Assembly (NCBI GenBank): GCA_032718475.1
Contig: JAUCBJ010006171.1
Location: 1 to 61,334 of the forward strand
DNA: 61,334 nucleotides
DNA from: Nemertoderma westbladi
Taxonomy: Eukaryota; Animalia; Xenacoelomorpha
Reading direction: 5' to 3'
Both the position numbers and the translations under genes were made by a program. Shown piece by piece: positions 37,001 to 49,000 of this stretch (the stretch's first letter is position 1; each line of letters begins with the position of its first letter). Under the pieces are notes generated by a model, which saw only the letters and a list, made by a program, of their open reading frames with translations, ran no database searches and was not told the DNA's origin.

Positions 37001-40000
37001 AAGAATACATAACAATTACAATTAATTAATTTAACATATTGGACACAGTTCAGGAGTTAAAATTAAAACTGCCTACAAGCATCCATATAGATAGACCCTA
37101 ACTAAAGGGTACTAACCGCCCATTCTAGGTCCGGGAGAACGCGGTGCTTGATGGTAGGAACTTCGGGAACTACCGCTGTCTGACTCCGTATCGTCCGGGT
37201 AGATGGAAGACCCGGATGGCAACGAGTTGAGTTGTTCCAACGAACAGGAGGTCGTACTTGAGATATGGAGGTTCGTTGCATCCCCAACCGTCTCTCTGTA
37301 AGATAATCAACCACGCATACCTCACAAATAAACCCCTTGAATCCAAACATACCGTAAGAAGGTATACACTACATGGGACATTTATTAACCAGTATCATTA
37401 GTAAATGTGTTTATTCCCATAATTTGTATGTCCCTAAAGATTCAAATATTGTAACAAGTAGTCGAATAACCAAATAAACGAATGGCATACTTTATTCATT
37501 CACACTGCTCGTTCAAAGACACCCCACCCCGCCCCTACATACGAGCGCGTGTTCTAGAATAACTCAGGCCATCTCACAGACAGACATGCACTCACCTGTG
37601 TAACTGTACCGGGGGTGTACCGACGGACATTGGGTCACCTTTCCGTAGCTGGGTCTCGTACTCACCTGCGCAACCGTACCGGGGCTGTACCCACGGACAT
37701 TGGGTCACCTTTCCGTAGCTGGGTCTCGTACTCACTTGCGTAACCGTACCGGGGCTGTACCCACGGACATTGGGTCACCTTTCCGTAGCTGGGTCTCGTA
37801 CTCACTTGCGTAACCGTACCGGGGCTGTACCCACGGACATTGGGTCACCTTTCCGTAGCTGGGTCTCGTACTCACCTGCGTAACCGTACCGGGGCTGTAC
37901 CCACGGACATTGGGTCACCTTTCCGTAGCTGGGTCTCGTACTCACCTGCGCAACCGTACCGGGGCTGTACCCACGGACATTGGGTCACCTTTCCGTAGCT
38001 GGGTCTCGTACTCACCTGCGCAACCGTACCGGGGCTGTACCCACGGACATTGGGTCACCTTTCCGTAGCTGGGTCTCGTACTCACCTGCGTAACCGTACC
38101 AGGGCTGTACCCACGGACATTGGGTCACCTTTTCGTAGCTGGGTCTCGTACTCACCTGCGTAACCGTACCGGGGCTGTACCCACGGACATTGGGTCACCT
38201 TTCCGTAGCTGGGTCTCGTACTCACCTGCGTAACCGTACCGGGGCTGTACCCACGGACATTGGGTCACCTTTCCGTAGCTGGGTCTCGTACTCACCTGCA
38301 CAACCGTACCGGGGCTGTACCCACGGACATTGGGTCACCTTTCCGTAGCTGGGTCTCGTACTCACTTGCGTAACCGTACCGGGGCTGTACCCACGGACAT
38401 TGGGTCACCTTTCCGTAGCTGGGTCTCGTACTCACCTGCGCAACCGTACCGGGGCTGTACCCACGGACATTGGGTCACCTTTCCGTAGCTGGGTCTCGTA
38501 CTCACCTGCGTAACCGTACTGGGGCTGTACACTCACCTGCGTAACCGTACCGGGGCTGTACCCACGGACATTGGGTCACCTTTCCGTAGCTGGGTCTCGT
38601 ACTCACCTGCGCAACCGTACCGGGGCTGTACCCACGGACATTGGGTCACCTTTCCGTAGCTGGGTCTCGTACTCACCTGCGTAACCGTACCGGGGCTGTA
38701 CCCACGGACATTGGGTCACCTTTCCATAGCTGGGTCTCGTACTCACCTGCGTAATCGTACCGGGGCTGTACCCACGGACATTGGGTCACCTTTCCGTAGC
38801 TGGGTCTCGTACTCACCTGCGTAACCATACCGGGGCTGCACCCATGGACATTGGGTCACCTTTCCGTAGCTGGGTCTCGTACTCACCTGCGTAATCGTAC
38901 CGGGGCTGTACCCACGGACATTGGGTCACCTTTCCGTAGCTGGGTCTCGTACTCACCTGCGTAACCGTACCGGGGCTGTACCCACGGACATTGGGTCACC
39001 TTTCCGTAGCTGGGTCTCGTGGGAGATACTTCGTTTAAGGGCCAAGGCGTCGTCAATAGGGACGAGAAGTTCCGGCGCGGAGTTCTTACTGACCCGGAGA
39101 AACCGAGGCGGTGGGGCGGCGGCGGTTGGTTGGGTTGGATGGGAGAGGGCAGTCTCCCGCAATGGCGATGGAGTACTGGGAGACTGCGGGTCGCTGGTGC
39201 TGCACAGATAGGGTTACTATAGATAGTCGGCGATGTTATGAAATGACTCGTAAATATAAATGGTAATATGAAATAGTTTAAAACATATAAAGCAAAAAAA
39301 GGAAAATTAAAATTAAAATTTGGATAAATTGAGATTCCGAATTAAGTAATTTTTCGTATTTTGCGTATATTATTGAATCAAGGTCGTAAATATATATGAA
39401 AATAAATAATATTGCCAAATGAAATAGTCACAATTAAGTAGATAAGACTCGTAGTTTGAAAGTTTATCTAGACCCACGGCAAAGCAGTAACTGCTTTGTC
39501 GTGGGTATAACTGTTATAGCTGTTATATATAATTATTATATATGTTATATATTATGTATAACTGTTATATTAGATAGTCCTAGTCCGCACGTCCGCACAA
39601 ACATGGTAGTCCTAGTCCGAACGTCCACACAAACATGGTAGTCCTAGTCCGATCGTACACACAAACATGGTAGTCCTAGTCCGAACGTACACACAAACCT
39701 GGTAGTTCTAGTCCGATCGTACACACAAACCTGGTAGTCCTAGTCCGAACGTCCACACAAACATGGTAGTCCTAGTCCGAACGTCCGCACATACCTGGTA
39801 GTCCTAGTCCGAACGTCCACACAAACCTGGTAGTCCTAGTCCGAACGAACGCCACACAAACCTGGTAGTCCTAGTCCGAACGTACACACAAACCTGGTAG
39901 TCCTAGTCCGAACGTACACACAAACATGGTAGTCCTAGTCCGATCGTACACACAAACCTGGTAGTCCTAGTCCGAACGTACACACAAACATGGTAGTCCT

Positions 40001-43000
40001 AGTCCCAACGTACACACAAACCCGGTAGTCCTAGTCCGAACGTACACACAAACATGGTAGTCCTAGTCCGATCGTACACACAAACCTGGTAGTCCTAGTC
40101 CGAACGTACACACAAACATGGTAGACCTAGTCCGATCGTATACACAAACCTGGTAGTCCTAGTCCGAACGTCCACACAAACATGGTGGTCCTAGTCCGAA
40201 CGTCCACACAAACCTGGTAGTGCTAGTCGAACGTCCACACAAACATGGTAGTCCTAGTCCGAACGTACACACAAACATGGTAGTCCTAGTCCGAACGTAC
40301 ACACAAACCTGGTAGTCCTAGTCCGAACGTACACGCAAACCTGGTAGTCCTAGTCCGAACGTACACACAAACCTGGTAGTCCTAGTCCGATCGTACACAC
40401 AAACCTGGTAGTCATAGTCCGATCGTACACACAAACCTGGTAGTCCTAGTCCGAACGTACACAAAAACCTGGTAGTCCTAGTCCGAACGTACACACAAAC
40501 CTGGTAGTCATAGTCCGATCGTACACACAAACCTGGTAGTCCTAGTCCGAACGTACACACAAACCTGGTAGTCCTAGTCCGAACGTACACACAAACCTGG
40601 TAGTCCTAGTCCGAACGTACACACAAACCTGGTAGTCCTAGTCCGAACGTACACACAAACATGGTAGTCCTAGTCCGATCGTACACACAAACCTGGTAGT
40701 CCTAGTCCGATCGTACACACAAACCTGGTAGTCCTAGTCCGAACGTACACACAAACCTGGTAGTCCTAGTCCGAACGTACACACAAACCTGGTAGTCCTA
40801 GTCCGAACGTACACACATACCTGGTAGTCCTAGTCCGAACATCCGCACAAACCTGGTAGTCCTAGTCCGATCGTACACACAAACCTGGTAGTCCTAGTCC
40901 GATCGTACACACAAACCTGGTAGTTCTAGTCCGAACGTACACACAAACCTGGTAGTCCTAGTCCGAACGTACACACAAACCTGGTCCACCGTCTCCCCCC
41001 TAGTCCGAACGTACACACAAACCTGGTAGTCCTAGTCCGATCGTACACACAAACCTGGTAGTTCTAGTCCGAACGTACACACAAACCTGGTAGTCCTAGT
41101 CCGAACGTCCACACAAACCTGGTAGTCCTAGTCCGAACGTACACACAAACCTGGTAGTTCTAGTCCGAACGTACACACAAACCTGGTAGTCCTAGTCCGA
41201 ACGTCCACACAAACCTGGTAGTCCTAGTCCGAACGTACACACAAACCTGGTAGTCCTAGTCCGAACGTCCACACAAACCTGGTAGTCCTAGTCCGATCGT
41301 ACACACAAACCTGGTAGTTCTAGTCCGAACGTACACACAAACCTGGTAGTCCTAGTCCGATCGTACACACAAACCTGGTAGTTCTAGTCCGAACGTACAC
41401 ACAAACCTGGTAGTCCTAGTCCGATCGTACACACAAACCTGGTAGTCCTAGTCCGAACGTCCACACAAACCTGGTAGTCCTAGTCCGAACGTACACACAA
41501 ACCTGGTAGTCCTAGTCCGAACGTACACACAAACCTGGTAGTCCTAGTCCGATCGTACACACAAACCTGGTAGTCCTAGTCCGAACGTACACACAAACCT
41601 GGTAGTCCTAGTCCGATCGTACACACAAACCTGGTAGTTCTAGTCCGAACGTACACACAAACCTGGTAGTCCTAGTCCGATCGTACACACAAACCTGGTA
41701 GTTCTAGTCCGAACGTACACACAAACCTGGTAGTCCTAGTCCGATCGTACACACAAACCTGGTAGTTCTAGTCCGAACGTACACACAAACCTGGTAGTCC
41801 TAGTCCGAACGTACACACAAACCTGGTAGTCCTAGTCCGATCGTACACACAAACCTGGTAGTCCTAGTCCGAACGTACACACAAACCTGGTAGTTCTAGT
41901 CCGAACGTCCACACAAACCTGGTAGTCCTAGTCCGAACGTACACACAAACCTGGTAGTCCTAGTCCGATCGTACACACAAACCTGGTAGTCCTAGTCCGA
42001 ACGTACACACAAACCTGGTAGTCCTAGTCCGAACGTACACACAAACCTGGTAGTCCTAGTCCGAACGTACACACAAACCTGGTAGTCCTAGTCCGATCGT
42101 ACACACAAACCTGGTAGTCCTAGTCCGATCGTACACACAAACCTGGTAGTCCTAGTCCGATCGTACACACAAACCTGGTAGTCCTAGTCCGATCGTACAC
42201 ACAAACCTGGTAGTCCTAGTCCGATCGTACACACAAACCTGGTAGTCCTAGTCCGATCGTACACACAAACCTGGTAGTCCTAGTCCGATCGTACACACAA
42301 ACCTGGTAGTTCTAGTCCGAACGTACACACAAACCTGGTAGTCCTAGTCCGAACGTACACACAAACCTGGTAGTCCTAGTCCGAACGTACACACAAACCT
42401 GGTAGTCCTAGTCCGATCGTACACACAAACCTGGTAGTTCTAGTCCGAACGTACACACAAACCTGGTAGTCCTAGTCCGATCGTACACACAAACCTGGTA
42501 GTTCTAGTCCGAACGTACACACAAACCTGGTAGTCCTAGTCCGAACGTCCACACAAACCTGGTAGTCCTAGTCCGAACGTACACACAAACCTGGTAGTTC
42601 TAGTCCGAACGTACACACAAACCTGGTAGTCCTAGTCCGAACGTCCACACAAACCTGGTAGTCCTAGTCCGAACGTACACACAAACCTGGTAGACCTAGT
42701 CCGAACGTCCACACAAACCTGGTAGTCCTAGTCCGATCGTACACACAAACCTGGTAGTTCTAGTCCGAACGTACACACAAACCTGGTAGTCCTAGTCCGA
42801 TCGTACACACAAACCTGGTAGTTCTAGTCCGAACGTACACACAAACCTGGTAGTCCTAGTCCGATCGTACACACAAACCTGGTAGTCCTAGTCCGAACGT
42901 CCACACAAACCTGGTAGTCCTAGTCCGAACGTACACACAAACCTGGTAGTCCTAGTCCGAACGTACACACAAACCTGGTAGTCCTAGTCCGATCGTACAC

Positions 43001-46000
43001 ACAAACCTGGTAGTCCTAGTCCGAACGTACACACAAACCTGGTAGTCCTAGTCCGATCGTACACACAAACCTGGTAGTTCTAGTCCGAACGTACACACAA
43101 ACCTGGTAGTCCTAGTCCGATCGTACACACAAACCTGGTAGTTCTAGTACGAACGTACACACAAACCTGGTAGTCCTAGTCCGATCGTACACACAAACCT
43201 GGTAGTTCTAGTCCGAACGTACACACAAACCTGGTAGTCCTAGTCCGAACGTACACACAAACCTGGTAGTCCTAGTTCGATCGTACACACAAACCTGGTA
43301 GTCCTAGTCCGAACGTACACACAAACCTGGTAGTTCTAGTCCGAACGTCCACACAAACCTGGTAGTCCTAGTCCGAACGTACACACAAACCTGGTAGTCC
43401 TAGTCCGATCGTACACACAAACCTGGTAGTCCTAGTCCGAATGTCCACACAAACCTGGTAGTCCTAGTCCGATCGTACACACAAACCTGGTAGTTCTAGT
43501 CCGAACGTACACACAAACCTGGTAGTCCTAGTCCGATCGTACACACAAACCTGGTAGTTCTAGTACGAACGTACACACAAACCTGGTAGTCCTAGTCCGA
43601 TCGTACACACAAACCTGGTAGTTCTAGTCCGAACGTACACACAAACCTGGTAGACCTAGTCCGAACGTACACACAAACCTGGTAGTCCTAGTTCGATCGT
43701 ACACACAAACCTGGTAGTCCTAGTCCGAACGTACACACAAACCTGGTAGTTCTAGTCCGAACGTCCACACAAACCTGGTAGTCCTAGTCCGAACGTACAC
43801 ACAAACCTGGTAGTCCTAGTCCGAACGTCCACACAAACCTGGTAGTCCTAGTCCGAACATCCGCACATACCTGGTAGTTCTAGTCCGATCGTACAAACAA
43901 ACCTGGTAGTTCTAGTCCGAACGTACACACAAACCTGGTAGTCCTAGTCCGATCGTACACACAAACCTGGTAGTTCTAGTCCGAACGTACACACAAACCT
44001 GGTAGTCCTAGTCCGATCGTACACACAAACATGGTAGTCCCAGTCCGATCGTACACACAAACCTGGTAATTCTAGTCCGAACGTACACACAAACCTGGTA
44101 GTCCTAGTCCGAACGTCCACACAAACCTGGTAGTTCTAGTCCGAACGTACACACAAACATGGTAGTCCTAGTCCGAACGTCCACACAAACCTGGTAGTCC
44201 TAGTCCGAACGTACACACAAACCTGGTAGTCCTAGTCCGATCGTACACACAAACCTGGTAGTCATAGTCCGATCGTACACACAAACCTGGTAGTCCTAGT
44301 CCGAACGTACACACAAACCTGGTAGTCCTAGTAAGAACGTACACACAAACCTGGTAGTCCTAGTCCGAACGTACACACAAACATGGTAGTCCTAGTCCGA
44401 ACGTCCACACAAACCTGGTAGTCCTAGTCCGAACGTACACACAAACCTGGTAGTCCTAGTCCGATCGTACACACAAACCTGGTAGTCATAGTCCGATCGT
44501 ACACACAAACCTGGTAGTCCTAGTCCGAACGTACACACAAACCTGGTAGTCCTAGTAAGAACGTACACACAAACCTGGTAGTCCTAGTCCGAACGTACAC
44601 AGAAACATGGTAGTCCTAGTCCGAACGTACACACAAACCTGGTAGTCCTAGTCCGAACGTACACACAAACCTGGTAGTCCTAGTAAGAACGTACACACAA
44701 ACATGGTAGTCCTAGTCCGATCGTAGTAAATACAAACCTGGTAGTCCTAGTCCGAACGTACACGCAAACCTGGTAGTCCTAGTCCGAACGTACACAGAAA
44801 CATGGTAGTCCTAGTCCGAACGTACACACAAACCTGGTAGTCCTAGTCCGAACGTACACGCAAACCTGGTAGTCCTAGTCCGAACGTACACACAAACCTG
44901 GTAGTCCTAGTCCGAACGTACACACAAACCTGGTAGTCATAGTCCGATTGTACACACAAACCTGGTAGTCCTAGTCCGAACGTACACACAAACCTGGTAG
45001 TCCTAGTCCGAACGTACACGCAAACCTGGTAGTCCTAGTCCGAACGTACACAGAAACATGGTAGTCCTAGTCCGAACGTCCACACAAACCTGGTAGTTCT
45101 AGTCCGAACGAACACACAAACATGGTAGTCCTAGTCCGAACGTCCACACAAACCTGGTAGTCCTAGTCCGAACGTACACACAAACCTGGTAGTCCTAGTC
45201 CGATCGTACACACAAACCTGGTAGTCATAGTCCGATCGTACACACAAACCTGGTAGTCCTAGTCCGAACGTACACACAAACCTGGTAGTCCTAGTAAGAA
45301 CGTACACACAAACATGGTAGTCCTAGTCCGATCGTAGTAAATACAAACCTGGTAGTCCTAGTCCGAACGTACACGCAAACCTGGTAGTCCTAGTCCGAAC
45401 GTACACAGAAACATGGTAGTCCTAGTCCGAACGTACACACAAACCTGGTAGTCCTAGTCCGAACGTACACGCAAACCTGGTAGTCCTAGTCCGAACGTAC
45501 ACGCAAACCTGGTAGTGGTAGTCCTAGTTCGAACGTACACACAAACCTGGTAGTCCTAGTCCGAACGTACACACAAACCTGGTAGTCCTAGTCCGAACGT
45601 CCACACAAACCTGGTAGTTCTAGTCCGAACGTACACACAAACCTGGTAGTTCTAGTCCGGACGTCCACACAAACCTGGTAGTTCTAGTCCGAACGTACAC
45701 ACAAACCTGGTAGTTCTAGTCCGAACGTACACGCAAACCTGGTAGTCCTAGTCCGAACGTACACACAAACCTGGTAGTCCTAGTCCGAACGTACACAACA
45801 CAAACCTGGTAGTCCTAGTCCGAACGTCCACACAAACCTGGTAGTCCTAGTCCGAACGTCCACACAAACCTGGTAGTTCTAGACCGAACCTACACAACAC
45901 AAACCTGGTAGTCCTAGTCCGAACGTCCACACAAACCTGGTAGTCCTAGTCCGAACGTCCACACAAACCTGGTAGTTCTAGTCCGAACGTACACACAAAC

Positions 46001-49000
46001 CTGGTAGTTCTAGTCCGAACGTACACACAAACCTGGTAGTTCTAGTCCGAACGTACACGCAAACCTGGTAGTCCTAGTCCGAACGTACACACAAACATGG
46101 TAGTCCTAGTCCGAACGTACACAACACAAACCTGGTAGTCCTAGTCCGAACGTCCACACAAACCTGGTAGTCCTAGTCCGAACGTCCACACAAACCTGGT
46201 AGTTCTAGTCCGAACGTACACAACACAAACCTGGTAGTCCTAGTCCGAACGTCCACACAAACCTGGTAGTCCTAGTCCGAACGTCCACACAAACCTGGTA
46301 GTTCTAGTCCGAACGTACACACAAACCTGGTAGTTCTAGTCCGAACGTACACACAAACCTGGTAGTTCTAGTCCGAACGTCCACACAAACCTGGTAGTTC
46401 TAGTCCGAACGTCCACACAAACCTGGTAGTTCTAGTCCGAACGTCCACACAAACCTGGTAGTTCTAGTCCGAACGTACACACAAACCTGGTAGTTCTAGT
46501 CCGAACGTACACACAAACCTGGTAGTTCTAGTCCGAACGTACACGCAAACCTGGTAGTCCTAGTCCGAACGTACACACAAACCTGGTAGTCCTAGTCCGA
46601 ACGTACACAACACAAACCTGGTAGTCCTAGTCCGAACGTCCACACAAACCTGGTAGTCCTAGTCCGAACGTCCACACAAACCTGGTAGTTCTAGTCCGAA
46701 CGTACACAACACAAACCTGGTAGTCCTAGTCCGAACGTCCACACAAATCTGGTAGTCCTAGTCCGAACGTCCACACAAACCTGGTAGTTCTAGTCCGAAC
46801 GTACACACAAACCTGGTAGTTCTAGTCCGAACGTACACACAAACCTGGTAGTTCTAGTCCGAACGTCCACACAAACCTGGTAGTTCTAGTCCGAACGTAC
46901 ACACAAACCTGGTAGTTCTAGTCCGAACGTCCACACAAACCTGGTAGTTCTAGTCCGAACGTACACACAAACCTGGTAGTTCTAGTCCGAACGTACACAC
47001 AAACCTGGTAGTCCTAGTCCGAACGTCCACACAAACCTGGTAGTCCTAGTCCGATCGTACACACAAACCTGGTAGTCCTAGTCCGAACGTACACACAAAC
47101 CTGGTAGTCCTAGTCCGAACGTACACACAAACCTGGTAGTCCTAGTCCGAACGAACACACAAACCTGGTAGTCCTAGTCCGAACGTCCACACAAACCTGG
47201 TAGTCCTAGTCCGATCGTACACACAAACCTGGTAGTCCTAGTCCGAACGTACACACAAACCTGGTAGTTCTAATCCGAACGTACACACAAACCTGGTAGT
47301 CCTAATCCGAACGTCCACACAAACCTGGTAGTCCTAGTCCGAACGTCCACACAAACCTGGTAGTCCTAGTCCGAACGTACACACAAACCTGGTAGTCCTA
47401 GTCCGAACGTACACACAAACCTGGTAGTCCTAGTCCGAACGTACACACAAACCTGGTAGTCCTAGTCCGAACGTACACACAAACCTGGTAGTCCTAGTCC
47501 GAACGTCCACACAAACCTGGTAGTCCTAGTCCGAACGTACACACAAACCTGGTAGTCCTAGTCCGAACGTACACACAAACCTGGTAGTCCTAGTCCGAAC
47601 GTACACACAAACCTGGTAGTCCTAGTCCGATCGTACACACAAACCTGGTAGTTCTAGTCCGAACGTACACACAAACCTGGTAGTCCTAGTCCGATCGTAC
47701 ACACAAACCTGGTAGTCCTAGTCCGAACGTCCACACAAACCTGGTAGTCCTAGTCCGAACGTACACACAAACCTGGTAGTCCTAGTCCGAACATCCGCAC
47801 ATACCTGGTAGTTCTAGTCCGATCGTACACACAAACCTGGTAGTCCTAGTCCGAGCGTCCACACAAACCTGGTAGTCATAGTCCGAACGTACACACAAAC
47901 CTGGTAGTCCTAGTCCGAACGTCCACACAAACATGGTAGTCATAGTCCGAACGTACACACAAACATGGTAGTCCTAGTCCGATCGTACACACAAACCTGG
48001 TAGTCCTAGTCCGAACGTACACACAAACCTGGTAGTTCTAATCCGAACGTACACAGAAACCTGGTAGTTCTAATCCGAACGTCCACACAAACCTGGTAGT
48101 CCTAGTCCGAACGTCCACACAAACATGGTAGTCCTAGTCCGAACGTACACACAAACATGGTAGTCCTAGTCCGAACGTACACACAAACATGGTAGTCCTA
48201 GTCCGATCGTACACACAAACCTGGTAGTCCTAGTCCGAACGTACACACAAACCTGGTAGTTCTAATCCGAACGTCCACACAAACCTGGTAGTCCTAGTCC
48301 GAACGTCCACACAAACCTGGTAGTCCTAGTCCGAACGTCCACACAAACATGGTAGTCCTAGTCCGAACGTACACACAAACCTGGTAGTACTAGTCCGATC
48401 GTACACACAAACCTGGTAGTCCTAACGACCAGGGTATCAGCGGAGTAATCTTCTACAAACGGCTTGATTGGACAACTGCTCCGGCCGGCGTAGTATCGGT
48501 GTCGGCATGGCGGTGCAGACAACGGTGGGTTCATCGTCGGAGTTGGAGCATCCGTTGGAGCCTCCGGCAACTGGAATGCACTTGGTTTGCTGAGTTTTAG
48601 AGCTACAATAATAAATGGATTTGTTGAATAAGTAAATAGTGTTTAAACAGGATGGGAACCCGGTGAAAAATGCAATCCCGGTCCCGATCCTGAACTTGAT
48701 CGCGACGTTTTTGGAACGGGATCCCGAAGTATAAATAAAGTTAATTTCTTGAATTTCCTGGATCAGACTTTTCGAGATTTCCGGGATCGGGATTGCAATT
48801 TTGAATTAATTTTTTTAAACTTTTCAGTATATTGCTGCGTTGGTATAAATCTGGTTTGTGGCAAAAATAACTTTATTTAACATTAGGTACGTCCTATGGT
48901 AGGTAGGTCCTATCCTATACATCTGACTGTTAAATCGCAATTAAATATTTTAAATATAAATAATATAAATTTTTAAGTTTGATTTTCGTTCTACTCTACA

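Noticed and set aside
37102-37350. 82-aa ORF as a standalone gene
   Set aside because: Wrong frame; the region is ksr exon 5 in another frame, fixed by splice phase.
39575-48424. CRISPR array (32-bp repeat length)
   Set aside because: Units are head-to-tail with no unique spacers, there are no cas genes, and the context is a eukaryotic intron.
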